From Octopus bimaculoides (lineage: Eukaryota): a stretch of 64,000 nucleotides of DNA. Positions 1-13,700 of this stretch are shown here, piece by piece. Below the pieces are notes generated by a model, which worked only from the letters and a program-made list of their open reading frames with translations, did not search any database and was not told where the DNA came from. The translations under genes were made by a program, and so were the position numbers. The DNA is taken from positions 37,083,127 through 37,147,126 of the forward strand of contig NC_068982.1 in NCBI RefSeq assembly GCF_001194135.2, read 5' to 3'. The first letter of the stretch is position 1, and each line of letters begins with the position of its first letter.

Positions 1-289
1 AACAATATTGGGTCTTTTTATTATTTCAAATTTCAGATATTATGGTTGTTTTACTTTTAATACAATTTTATTTATTTTGCCTCCATCATTAACAACTTTT
101 TTTAACTTTCAGAGTTCTCTTGCTATTTAACTGACAAATGGATTCTTAACAGATATTTCTTTTATGCTTTCAATATTATTGAGTTAATTAAACTGTCTAT
201 GCCTTTGTTCCATCAAAACAAAAATGTAGTCTTGTATCATATTTGTAATATTTCTCTATTGTTTTACTTTTGAGAAATGTGTTGTTGTA

Positions 290-445
290 TCTCCAGGTTA
301 ATCTTGATCATATGGGCTTGTGGTTAAAAAAATTCCAACAATGACAATCTATCTTTTGTTTATCTATGAATACATTAGCCAATAGTCCTTTTTAAAATGT
401 TAGGTATGATCTGAGGAAAATTTGGCTGCTCTTTCTAGCATGATA
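290..445. repeat. Unclassified dispersed repeat sharing the core tttggctgctatttctagca
   Basis: Related cores near 410-440, 6360-6385, 31420-31450 (minus) and 60605-60630. Confidence 0.5.
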
Positions 446-2601
446 AACAACAGAGAAGTGTGTTAGAGAGCAAAGTTCATTTTAAAACCTGATCTGATCT
501 GTTTAATATATCAGTATTGGACACTGTCAACCAAAATTCTAGACAGAATAGAAAAAGAAGCTCAATGATGCAGCTCAAACAGTGCCAGACGACAGCTACA
601 GGATTTGATTCCTATAAGTAGACATCTTTCATTTTTTTAATTTTTTTATTTATCTAATATCAATTGCATTAAGATTTTAAGAGTTAGACACATTGTTTAA
701 AATATCTTGTTTTCTCTATCACAAATTGAGTATTTACACTGGTTTTTCTATTGTTATGTCACTTTGATTGAATTTTCTCTTCTCTATGATCTACATTAAT
801 AAACCCTTTTAATTTTGTACCATTGATTTCAAATTCCCTACTAAACCTGATTATATTTATGTAAGACCTTTTATTTGAATGCACAATTCCAATATATAGT
901 GTGTGGTTGAAAATATTTTTAAACAATTGCATAACTGTTAAATCAATTACAATATGAAGATAAACTTTAGAAAATAGCTTAGAATATTATCATTCAAGTA
1001 ATATTTTATTGAGAAACAAATTGTGAAGAAATTTGTTTGAATTTTTCCTCTTTCATGAAATCAAATCTTTTTCTTGTGGTCAAAATATTTTTTAGTGCTA
1101 AGAATGTGCCAGAAAGTCATGTATTTGAAAGAAGGTGCAGAATATCATTAAATTTTTTTCTGCTGTAGGTTTTATTTGGTGACATGAAGTGTGTATCTTT
1201 ATCTCATGTGACAAAGGAAAAGTTTCAGCCTGTCTGTCAATCATGACAGTCATGCCTCCCCACCTTATGTCACTTTTCTTTTATTAAAATTCAGTATGTC
1301 AACAGATTTGATCATTCACTCTGTCACAATGATTCTCAAACCCTTTTTTTTTTTACTTCTGGACCCCTTTGATTCCTTTTTATTTGGGTTGACCCTCATA
1401 ACCAGTTGATGCTTAAAAAATCCTATTATACTTTATAATTAAATATTGTTAGGAGTTGCGTATTGTAGAAGTACAACCAATTTACTGTGCATACATTTTA
1501 ATAAAATCTTATATAGACCTCAGCTGAGAACCTCTGCTCTAACAGTTCCTTCTAAATTCCTTGTAAGGTTTGCACTACCTAAAGTTTGTTCCCCATCAGT
1601 TTATTGTAGATCTAATCACTTAGTTTTATTGATGAATGCAGTGTAGGCATCAAGTTTGCAACTATTAGAAATTTAAAAAGTATTACTTTGCTCTGAACAT
1701 TTTCATACAAGTACTTCTACATATTTACTTTTACTGTAGTGTCCATTAAAGCTAGATTTGTTATATGTCATGCTTCAAGTAACACTTTTCACATCTTACC
1801 ATTTCTAATAGTGTATGAAAAATGCCAGACAGTATTATTAGTAGTGATTAGTAAATTATTTCAATTCAAAAAAAAAAAAAAATCATGAATTTCCTTACAT
1901 TAACAGACAAATGTATGTCAGTAATTTCTTCAGAATTATTCCATTTAATTTGGTTATTCAGTTTCTATTATTGGTACTATCTGTTATTCGATTAGAGCTA
2001 TTTATATCTCATTACCTATTTCAAACTCCATACAAATCTTGCTAGCTTTCAGTTCAGACATATGTAATTTGTTTACCTTCAATATTCTCTGAGTTACTCT
2101 TCATTCTTTATTGGTGTTTGCGCAAGTCTTTATTTTTACTGCATATGTCCTTTTACAGTTCACTTAATTTACTTGTCAATTATTACACAAAGGCATTGAA
2201 TGCCTAAATACAAATCTCAGTTATGGTTTGGGATTGAACCTGCTTCTAATTAGATTATCTTATTTTTTTGTGCTTTTTTTTATGAAGATTTTATTAGTTT
2301 CTAGAATTAAGAAAGTTGTGACTAAATAGCTGTCTGGCTTAGAATTATCTATTATTGGATTCATTAAATTGTTACTGTTAGATCACTTCTTTTGTTCTGT
2401 AATCACAAATGTTAATTGCTTGAAATTGCTCACAAATCTTTTTAAAAGTTCAGTTGGCTTCTCCTGTAATAAGACAGGAATTATGTTATTTTCAGATAAA
2501 TTTCAAAACGCTACCAATTACACTGATAGTCATTGTCTACTTCCATGATATTCATCTATTGTAGGTAGAAAAGTTACTTCTTTTTACAAAATTAGCTTCT
2601 A

Positions 2602-2617
2602 AAGTGTGTGTGTGTGT

Positions 2618-2668
<51 letters not shown>

Positions 2669-2669
2669 T
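2602..2669. repeat. Compound (GT)/(AT)/(AC) microsatellite
   Basis: Seen directly. Confidence 0.95.
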
Positions 2670-2834
2670 CAACGCTATCATAGGAAATCTGAAGTTTTTG
2701 CTGATATGAACTGAATAGGAGCTCAGAACACTGACATATTTAAGTAATTATTTACTGAATTACCAGTAGAGGTGGAAAATTTCACTCTGAAAATCTTGTA
2801 AGTTCAGAAAGAATTTGATGTTGAACATATATAT

Positions 2835-3236
2835 GCAGGCATACCATGACCATGTGGATACAGGATTCACTTTGTAACCATATATTGGCACCTTGAGCAA
2901 GTGTCTTTTGTTGTAACTGACCTATAACTTGTGAGTGACATTGATAGACAGAAACTATATGGAAGCTTATTTTTGTGTTTGTGTGTGTGTATATACCTAC
3001 ACACATACATGAGTGTATACATATGCATAAATGTTTGCTTTCCACATGTCTTTGTGTAGCACTGTCTCAGAGACAATGGTATCTGTTTACATCTGTAAAA
3101 AGCTCATCCTGTAACTTTGATTTTGTCATTTTAAGACCACTGGAATATAAATACATTACGTGGAAATAGGTAGAGTTTGGCAATAAGAAGGAGATCTGGT
3201 GATAGAATACTGCCTTAATGAGTCTTATTTAACTAA
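2835..3236 (+). mobile_element. Degenerate SINE, 3'-truncated at the start of the duplicated block
   Basis: ggcaccttgagcaagtgtctt..gacagaaact core, then ggaaataggtagagtttggcaataagaagg. Confidence 0.5.
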
Positions 3237-3606
3237 ATGTAGTCTTTGTAAACCAGTACTAATAATACTGAAGACATGAGGCCACTACCAGAGATTAGAT
3301 ATTACTAAGCATTTGCAGCAACTTTGTGTTAGCAATGTATTATTCATTTGCTGTGGTGTGTAGTGCAAAACTATTTCCTTGATATTTAAACATGTTCTAG
3401 TATTGTAAAAGGACTAGGCTGTCATATTTCCATTCTCTTTGGTTTAGAAAATATGAAAATACTATGGATATTGTCCCCTTCCTATAGCTGAATATTTATA
3501 AAATCTTCCAAAAATATTCTTTTGACATAAACATCATAAATGCAAGCAGAAGTATAATCCTAAGTAGAAGGAAATTCTTTAAATTTCTATTGATGCTACT
3601 TCAATA
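3237..3606. repeat. Local composite duplication (inverted copy of 4791-4985 joined to a direct copy of 5471-5646)
   Basis: By-eye alignment: about 6 mismatches over 195 bp (inverted part) and about 10 over 176 bp (direct part). Confidence 0.9.
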
Positions 3607-3696
3607 GAAAAAAGTATGCATAAGACTTATGTTGTTGGTGATATGGATTGATATATTTATGTAGGTAAATGGAAATTCATACATTAAACCACCTTC

Positions 3697-3895
3697 TGGC
3701 AACAAGGCAGCAGAATCAGTAGCATGCTGGACAAATTGCTTAAGTAACATTTCTTCTCGCTTTACATTCTGAGTTCAAATACTGTTGAGGTCAACTTCGC
3801 TTTTCATTCGTTTGGGGTCAATGAAATAAGTGCCAGTTGAGCACTAGGGTTGATATAATCAACTAGCCCCCTCCCCTAAAGTAGAAAGAAAATAG
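3697..3895 (+). mobile_element. Second SINE family (Meta-domain-like core)
   Basis: ctgagttcaaatactgttgaggtcaacttcgcttttcattc..ggggtcaatgaaataagtgccagttg; related remnants near 13200-13350, 31620-31750, 36720-36890, 54570-54620 and 63130-63570. Confidence 0.65.
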
Positions 3896-4189
3896 ATATA
3901 CTAGACCACCTTAGTGCATTACTGTCAGTACTTTTAGACAGACATTAATGTAGTCATTTTAACAGTTAATTAGCTGATAAAAAAACATGTACTGGCATTC
4001 ACAGTCACATAGTTTGGGGTTCTGCCCCACTTTATGGTATCTTTGATAAGTGCCTTCTACTTTAACCTCAAACTGATTTACCCTTTACCATTCACATTAT
4101 TCTGTATTGTGTAATTTGTCTCACATTGGCTTGCATGTATGTAACTCAGTTACATATGCATGCACACACATACACAGTACTGAAAATGT

Positions 4190-4483
4190 GTTGACATGAC
4201 TGTGTAGTTAAGAAGTTCACTTCACAATTACATGGTCTCAAGTCTGATTCCATTGCATAGCATCATGGGCAGTTGACTTCTTTTATAGCTTCAGGCTGAC
4301 TTATGCCTTGTGAGTGCACCCAGTACACTCTGTAAAGTGTTTGGTGTTAAGAAGGACATCCAGCCATAGAAGCCATGCCAAACCAGACATGTGGAGCCTG
4401 GTGCAGCTCTCCAATTTGCTAACTCCTGTCAAAACATCCAACCCATGGCAGCATGGAAATGGACATTACATGATGATGATGAT
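4190..4483 (+). mobile_element. tRNA-headed SINE with RTE-type tail
   Basis: Head gactgtgtagttaagaagtt..., tail ccaacccatggcagcatggaaatggacattac(atg)n. Confidence 0.6.
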
Positions 4484-4539
4484 ATACATACACACACACA
4501 TCACTTTGTGGCCTATATCCTTTTAACTATATGAATTTT

Positions 4540-5460
4540 ACAAATATCTTGTTTTTTATGTTTGTAGCTGTTCTCATTACCATCTTATACACCATCTGTT
4601 TTTTCATATTCATCACAAATTCTCAAAATATGTTCAAGCCAAATGTCTTGACTATCTTTTATTCAACATTTTTCCTGTTGGTGTCACTCCTCTCTAACCT
4701 TGAATACTGGTACCATCCACATATAGCTGAGACACCTTATGCTAGACTTGCACAGCTTTTATAAATAGAAGCTTGAAAACTTCCTCCAATGGAGACATGA
4801 CAGCCTAGTCCTTTTACAATACTAGAACATGTTTAAATATCAAAGAAATAGTTTTGCACTACACACCACAGCAAATGAATAATACATTGCTAACACAAAG
4901 TTGCTGCAAATGCTTAGTAATATCTAATCTCTGGTAGTGGCCTCATGTCTTTAATATTATCAGTACTGGTTTACAAAGACTACATATAATTTTCAAGGCC
5001 TGAAATGATTTCACGCCTGATCAGTTGGTAACCGCCATGCCTCGCCACCATTGCAAAAATGATTTCTCCACTCTGGAGTACTGCTCAGATATCTGGGTAG
5101 TCACCACTGCTATGTACACAAAACACCCTAGCTCCCTCCTAACCATCACCACTACCACCATGAAATCCTGCTTGATTGATGAAGTCTCAGCCACCAACAT
5201 GCTACAACCACTATGATACAAGCTACTGCATTTCTTTGCCTCTTCTAGTGCTATTAAAATAGCTCTTGTTCTCCTAAATGTAACTAGATTCATTTGCTCC
5301 TCCTCCTATCATCTTTAAAATGTCTTTATCTACAATAGCCTAAACTAAACATGTGGCATAATTTTCCTCTTCAAAAATGCATCTTTCTGGAATTTCTTAT
5401 TTGTTCATGTGTTTCCTGTTGCAACCACCCCCTCTAAAATGAAAAGAAACGCTAACCTGA
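4540..5460 (+). mobile_element. Decayed L2/CR1-type LINE remnant(s)
   Basis: GVTPLSNLEYW-like and AFINRSLKTSSN motifs near 4680-4790; FTPDQL, TLEYCSDIW and MLQPL at 5005-5215. Confidence 0.55.
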
Positions 5461-8119
5461 ACTGCAACAGCATTCTCTTTGGTTTAGAAAATATGAAAAT
5501 ACTATGGATATTGTCCCCTTCTTGTAGCTGAATATTTATAAAATCTTCCAAAAATCTTCTTCTGACATAAACATCATAAATGCGAGCAAAAGTATAATCC
5601 TAAGTAGAGACAAATTCTTTAAATTTCTATTGATACTACTTCAATATTTGGACACTACATTTTTGTATTGAATCAATTGAAAAAGCTTCTATTTCTGTTG
5701 AGCTTTAAATGAGTTATAACAATTACTCTTACTAGTATACTTAATATCACTGTTCTCAACTTAGCAGGCTTATCTTTGAAGAAAGATCTACGTTTAGTTT
5801 AGGAAATCCTTCTTCAGGGTTAGGAAATAACCCAACATGTTCAACAGAACTTCTAGTTCTCTTCCTGATACATGGCATCCTGTTTGTGTGAATATGGTAG
5901 GATAAAAAGCCTAAAAAATCAAGTTTACTCTTGGTTAGATTGAGATTTAAACCTGTAAGCTAAAAACAGCTCATATTGAGCTGATAAAACAATTTTATTA
6001 AAATTAAGTTAATAAAAGTAGTAAATGTATGTTTTTTTTTTAATCTACCATGACTCTACCATGATGCAGTTGTACTTAACTTGTTCATATCTATACTTTT
6101 ACTCTTTGCTAAGTCAGTTTAGCTATAATCTTACAGTTGTCCTTTTATTTTTCTTCTGAAAGCAGGAATAAAATAAACATTGAATTAAAAGAAAGCTTTC
6201 CTAGAAATTCCAATGGAGCTTGTAAAATTATGCTGTTACTGTTTAGCCTCATATAAGCTCTGATCGAGCAAACCTATGATCAAAAGTATTTCACTCAGGG
6301 CCATTCTGTCTTTTTTATTGCATGTTTTCTTCCATTTTTAAAACAATAGATAAAGGACTGATTTGATTGCTATTTCTAGCAAACCAAATAACTCCATAAA
6401 AGCTTTCTCGTATCTTGTGTAAAATAATATTATTTTGTTGGTCATTTGCATTAAATATCTCTTCAACAGAATATAAAAAAATATTAAATATCTCCTTAAT
6501 AGAATATAAAATAGTAGTTTGCACAGGTGTATTATCTAAATATTTCCACGTATTTGATGTTTGTTGTATTGTTATGCTAAAACAATAGAACTGAATTGAA
6601 TCATCTTGGCAATAATTTTAAAATGCGAGATTTACAGTTAAACTTTTCACTTGAATACTGTAAATACACTATCATTGGAATCGTTGACATTTTCTTTGTT
6701 AATTGAATATTGCATCAATGAGGTAAATTCTATCTTTTTTTTTATTATTTCATGTAACGTTTCTCTTAGTGGCTTTTACTAACACTTACTTCTAGCTACA
6801 AAGTTGTACTCATTTAACCTATTTGAAATGTTGCCAACCATCTTGTTTCCTTCAAACAGTTCTGTGTAATAAAACAATATTTTGCTATTAGATCTGAACA
6901 GTAAAATATAAATAGCAACAACAGCTGTCCATTGTTTTGTAATTGAAGCAAGCTAGCTAAAGGAGCTATCTTTTGTTTACTGTAAATAAGTTGTGATTTG
7001 AAAAGCTGTCCTTGATGAAGTGTATGATAATTATCATTATTTAATAAATAGAAATTATAAACATCTTGTCACACAATCAATGATTTAAAATGGAATGCAT
7101 ATTTTAATAACAATAGGAGAAATTACATCTTGACTTTTCAAAATATAGTTATCATTTCCTAATCTATTATTCTCTAGGAATATAATTTGAAGATCTAACA
7201 ATATAACTGGATTATGTAAATCATTACTTTAATAGGGAATATAAATATGTATTTAATATCAAAGAGCTGAAAATATAACACCATTTTTCTGACGAATATT
7301 TTGCGTGACCCCAGTAAAAAATTTGGACATCATTTGTGTAATTGTCATAGATTGTTGGGAAACATACCACATAGAAAGTATCACATCGGAAGTTTAAATA
7401 TGTAGGCTCTAATCAGAAATCTATTTAATAAATAGATTATTCCTCGACTTTTATAATTTTTTTGGCTCGTAATAAAGAATTGCTAATTTATAAAGTTTCA
7501 TTTCTAGGAATTTAATACTGGTACATATACATTTTTCATAATTTCAGTTGTTTGATTTATAACATACTACAAATGTGAAAGTTTGATCTCTCTGACTGAG
7601 TAGTTCAGTGTGCAAACATGTGGTTCTGAATTGTGATCCTGCCACATAACATCTTCTACTATGGCCCTTTTGAATAAAATTTGTCAGATGGAAGGTGTAC
7701 ATCAGTTTGCAGGATACTTATGCACATGCACACACATTCATCTTCAAGTGGTTGCAATGTGCTTTACAATGCTATAATAGGAATCTCCTTAACTTTGGTA
7801 ATTCACCCTCTTTTAGAAAGTCTCCAAAATGTAGCATCTGATATGGTCTTGTTGTTCAGCATGATGGCAGTGGCCAGTCAAGAAAAAGACTACTATGTGT
7901 TGAGCAACAATTGTAGAGATGAATGAAATGTGCCCCCAAAACTCCTCTTTGGTCTTGTGCTCATACCTTGAGATATTCTGATCTCATGAGTTGGTGTGTG
8001 TACCATCAAACCTGTTTTAAAATTCCCTATTCATAGGCTAGGTTTCTGCTCCATAAAAAAAAAAAATTCTGTCTTCACATCATAGAGAAGGCCAGCCTTG
8101 TTGACTTTGAAATGAGTTG

Positions 8120-8122
<3 letters not shown>

Positions 8123-8168
<46 letters not shown>

Positions 8169-8303
8169 NNNNNNNNNNNNNNNNNNNNNNNNNNNNNNNN
8201 NNNNNNNNNNNNNNNNNNNNNNNNNNNNNNNNNNNNNNNNNNNNNNNNNNNNNNNNNNNNNNNNNNNNNNNNNNNNNNNNNNNNNNNNNNNNNNNNNNNN
8301 NNN

Positions 8304-8348
<45 letters not shown>
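8123..8348. repeat. (CT)n microsatellite spanning an assembly gap (N 8169-8303)
   Basis: Seen directly. Confidence 0.95.
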
Positions 8349-8350
<2 letters not shown>

Positions 8351-9399
8351 ATTATCATCCTTTTAATGTTCACTTTTCTGCACTGGCTTGGAACAGACAA
8401 AACTTATTGAGCAGTTTTCGTATGGCTTGATGCTCTTCCAGTCACATATTCCCATTACCTACAATCTTTTGAACAATGAACAGGCCAATAGCCAGGCATG
8501 TTTTGCAGCAGAAGGAAAGCAAAGACATTGTGTAATAGATGGTAACATATTGTTTTTTATGCAGTGCATATATGCCATTAAGGCAATGAGAAGAGAAAAA
8601 CACATGCACACCTTTCTGTGTGCATGTTTTTCTCACACACAACACCTGCATCCAGTTTCTGCCAACCAGTTTCATCATGAGTCATTGGTCAACCTCAGGT
8701 TCACCATTAAGGTAGAACACACATGCTCTGAACTTAAAACCACACCAGCACAAAGGAAACTTCTTAACCACACAGCCATGTGTGTGTAAAAATATATGTC
8801 ACATCCACTTCTCCAGTCTTATTGCTCTTACTGCACTCTCCCCATAGCTGCTCTTGCTTCTCAACACCTATCCTCAATATTTTCTTCCTTTCTCCTGTCC
8901 CTTACATATCCTCTCTATGTATATAATGTATACCCTGTTACTCTCTTCACTAGTGCACTCTTACAACTAGAAATCAGTTCCTTTAATCATACTTTAGTCT
9001 CTCTTGTCATCTTATCTAGAATCATTGTTTTTTTCTCTCTTATTCTTTCATTCATGGAGACCCTTTATGTTCTTTAGTCTTGCAAACTACATGGCAACAT
9101 CACTAGTTCTGGTACCATAAAAAAATCACCAAGTACACTCCATAAAGTGGTTGGCATTAGAAAGAGCCGACAGCCATATAAACCATGCCAAAACAGACAC
9201 TAGAGTACAGCATGTTCCTCCACCTTGTTGAATTCTCGTCAGGCTATCCCACCCTTGCCAGCATTGGATAATAGATGTTAAATGATTACACATGCACACA
9301 CGTAAAAATGCATTGAAATTACAGAAAAAACTGAAAGTACTTAAAACAAGAGCACACACACATATGTATATGCTACCCGAGGTGATTGTAGCAAGAAGG

Positions 9400-10760
9400 T
9401 GGTAGAGAAGGAAGGAGAATGATTGGCAGTAGCGGTGGTGGATGACATTGATAAGAGCGAATGATGGACATCAGTGGCAAATGTCACAAGAGAAAGAGTG
9501 TGATGACTGATAGCATAGAGAGAGTGAGTATAGTGTATCAAGTAACTATCCTTTTGAATGAAGCATGTTATGTAATCTTCAATACAGTATTTCACCACTT
9601 GTTGCAATCACATGTTTTCTTTGTTGATAGGGTCAGCCTCCTCAAATCTGCTTTCATCACTCCTTTCCATGTCTTTTTTTATCTTCTCTTTCAAGTTTCT
9701 TCCTCTTCTTTACACATCTTTCATTCTCTATAAACGTAACACATGCTCATAGCAGCTAAGTCTTCAATGTATATAGAGAGTTTCTTCTCAACTCTTTTTG
9801 TGCTCCGTTGCTCAAGCACAATAATATACAACCAGCAGAGCATGCAGACTAACTTTCATTTGAAGAAAGAAATCTTTTGTGGCCAGCAGAGACAATAGCC
9901 TCCAAACTTTTTCCTCCTCATTAATACTCTAGTTATTATACCTTCAGTGCAACTATCTGCACTGTAAATTTGATTTCATAGAAGTTATCAACTACTTCAA
10001 GGGTATCTTCTGGGCATTTGAAGTTTTTGAGTGCTCTCATTACTAATTACAGATGAAGTCTTCCTTTGCTGTGATCCCACTACATCTCTTTTGCACCCAT
10101 AGTTTACATTAAATATACAATATCGAATTCCTACCTACTCTTTTCTTTCATATCAGGCATAGTCACTTCCTGAATGTCATAGTCTTGTATTCTTTTTTAC
10201 TGAGACGTTTTGCTTTTCCTAGTTTAGTTTCAGGTCACTGGATTTGTTGCTCTACTATTAACCTTTACCTTTAATTGATTTACCTATGAGAACTAAGTCA
10301 TCAGCATAGAGAAATTCCTCCCAGCAGTCAATCTCTAGCTCCTTTCTTACGAGAACTATGTTAAATTCTGTACTAAATTCTTGCTAACTTTCACCTTACT
10401 AATAACACCCCTGTACATGGCTTCCATGATACTCATATGCTATTCATCTCCATCTATTTTTGTTAATGAACACTTGGTATAGTGGCCTGTACATTGCTGA
10501 GAACTTCTGTTTTGTTTCACTAGGAAGAGGGCAGCAGTGGTACTTTGTCCTGGTACAAATCCAAATTGCATTATTCTGATTCTCTTTCTAATTAATTGTG
10601 CTGTTACTCTTCCTCTTATTTTCATATTTTGCTCCTTCAATTGGATGCTTCTTTTCTTGAACATCTCTTTTGCCCTTGAAACATTAAATCAGGATACTTA
10701 TATGCCAATCATTGTAGATGTACTGTCTGACTGACAGTTTCAATGCTTAATGCATGACCT
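9400..10760 (-). mobile_element. Decayed RTE-clade LINE (reverse transcriptase remnant)
   Basis: Minus-strand motifs MQFGFVPGQSTTAALFLVKQ (~10520-10570) and EFLYADDLVLI (YADD at 10297-10308), with many stops and frameshifts. Confidence 0.8.
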
Positions 10761-13700
10761 ACTTCACAAGCTATTTTCAGCACAAGTGACAACCCCTGTT
10801 GGTCTTGTTACATTCTCTATCTTATATTGTTTATGACCTTGTAGACTCTATTTCTGTCAACAGCTTTCCATAATAGTGTCTCTATACCTCTTCTTGATAT
10901 CAATAAGGGCAAGTGCACCTCTATCATTTTCTAATGTCTGTGTATATGTTTATATATTGTTGCTATTATGCAAAAGTGTCATAAGTCCAAAACGAAAAAA
11001 TAGTTTCACCATTCCATTTCTTTTTACATTAGCAACAGTTTCAGTTTGACAATAATACTTTGTTGGGTGCATAAAATCATAACTCCATGCATGTATGATA
11101 TTTTCAGTCAGAAATATTTTTGCAAAACTGTCGTATGTGGGACTTACTACATTTGAAAAATGCTAAATCATTTTGACAATTTTCATATCTTGGCATCTGA
11201 AGCAGCTGGAGATACGATAGCTTGACCAAAAGAACCAGCTATTGCAAGCTAGATTAAATATTGAAAAAAACGCATTTGGCCAAATTTGGACATATGACAG
11301 TTTAACATAATAGCAATGATATATATTTGTGTATAAATTTATCTGGAATGGCAGTACTGGTGTTGTTTCCCTTTGCACTTGGTTGACACTGCCTGTTGTA
11401 CTCTTTTAAGGTTGGTAAAACATGTACCTGACAAAGTACTTGCATCAATATAATCAGCTTAAACTAAGTTGGATGGCTGAAACCTGTAGCAGTATATATT
11501 TTGATTACTAAATTGTATAATCCACCAAGTGTTCTCTTCAGTTTTTTCCTCTCATATTCATGACTTGTCTGGAAATTTCTTAAGTACTTCTCCATAATAT
11601 GGTTCTTGCTATAAAGTCAATGTTGAACTTACTAAAAAAAAAGAAAAGGGACAAAAGAGGTTTACTTGTAATTTGGTTCAGCTCCAGCAAGTAGGTTAAT
11701 TGTAAGGATTTTGACATTCCATTCACATTAAGATAATAGCAGTAAAGTAATATGTGCAATGAATGTTTATAAGTAGATGAATTAGAGTAGTAATTAAATG
11801 TTACACGAACTGCAAATCAACTATAATGTTATACACACTTTTGATAGTATCTGAAAGATTGAACTTAACAGCCTGGATTGACCAGATCATTAAGTGTATG
11901 AACCTAGATATTTTCTACTTTGCTGAAGAAAAAAATGATTTATTATACATATGAGCCAAAAGTATGATTTTTTTTTTTTTTCTGTAAAGTATAGTCGTTC
12001 TAGACAGGGGACAGAATGACTGATGGCATTTTATTGAGTGTCTATTTGAAATTTACAAGACTGCAAGTGTGTTTACAGAAAACAGGTATTAGAGGATTTA
12101 TTTGCTGCATATAAGAGATATGAATATGTAATTGAAGTAGAGAATAAATGTTAGATAGAAAAGTATCCTTGTTGTCATCCATAGATTTAAAATCTAAATG
12201 ATGATGGATTAAGCTAAAGACATATTTTTATTTTTCAAAAGTTTGCTAAATACCAGTGAAGGCAAATGAAGGACAAATAATCCTGCCTTAAATACTTAGT
12301 CAAATACTGGAACATGGTTGCAAACTGTTTATTTATTTATTGGAAGGTGGGGGTCAGTTTGCTTCAGTTTATTTGATAATTCAGTCATGAAACAAATATG
12401 AATATATCATACTACTGAACATGATCTATTAGTTCTTTTCTTTATTCTTTATAAAATGGTAAGCTTGCTCTGATCCAATCATTGTCAGTTTTATTTTAGA
12501 AGCAAGTCAGCAGAAGACTAGGTTTCATTGAACATCACAAACATTCTTGTTGAATTTTAATTAGATTTAGAGAGGAAAAATGAAATTGTAATATACAATA
12601 AAAATAAGTCTTTATAATATTTTAACATATCTATCTTGGAACACTCTCTCTCCATCTTTCTTGACCTCCTGTCACCCATTCATATATCTAATTCCAAATT
12701 CATGATAGAATAGAACATTTCTTAGACATTTGCTTATCGTTTGTGAGTTAATGTCTGATATGTTTGCAGACAAACCAATTTTAAATTTTGTGAATGTTTC
12801 CAACAAAATATGAGTAAAAAGTATAGCAAAACACCTTTACCTTTAATGAAGGTTTTAAAGTTAACTGAAGTATAATTGATATATAATTCTTTGTTGTAAT
12901 TTAGTGTTTGGTGAAAATATCCTTTAAAATAATGAACTGTGCTGAATGATTTTATTGAAGGCCTAAGGAAAGAACTAGAAGAAACAGTTTATGGGTACAT
13001 TTGACTGTAGGATGTAAAGATAAATGCAGAGTTAAGAAAAAAAAAGGTAAAATGGTTATAAAAGAAAGAAAACAACAAAAGTGAACTTTTTGTGAATATG
13101 TGTTGGTAGATGTACAGGAAATGTTGGTTAATGTTTGTGTTTGTGGGGGTTGTGAGCTGACAGAATGATTAGCATGTTGGGCAAAATGCTTAGTGTCATT
13201 TCGTCTGTCTTTATGTTCTGAATCCAAATGCTGCCAAAGTCAACTTTGCCTATCATCCATGATAAAATATGTACCAGTGTTGAACATTGGGCTTAATGTA
13301 ACAAACTTTCCCCCTCTCCCAAAATTACTAGCCTTGTGCTAAAGTTTGAAACTAATATTTGTCTTTTTGTAGATTTGGAAACATGTGATGTAAGAAAAAT
13401 TAGTATTTAAAAAAATTTGGGAGTAATCTTTCTTAGTTATAAAACTCTCCTTTGCATGCTTCTATTGTAAGATGATTGGTATGAAGGAACCATTTGTCTA
13501 ATTAACAGATCTTTTGTACTGCTATTCTGTCATTTGTGTTTTGGTTGTGAGATGCAGTATGATTGCTTGAGTTATGTAGATACAGTATCTCATTGATTTT
13601 GTGATGAATACTGGTGAAGTAGAAAATGTGGAATCAGTATCTTAGACTTGTCAGAATTTATCAAAGAGAACTGATAACATAGTGATTTGAACATACAAAC

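Noticed and set aside
513-612. Purine-rich stretch with an ILDRIEK/KLNDAAQTVPDD resemblance to dystrophin exon 39/40
   Set aside because: It needs a frameshift, hits a stop and has no good in-phase donor; a decayed LINE endonuclease fragment explains it equally well.
8031-8410. ORFs of poly-ER / poly-LS
   Set aside because: Artefacts of a (CT)n tract and an N gap; the same applies to 31681-32026.
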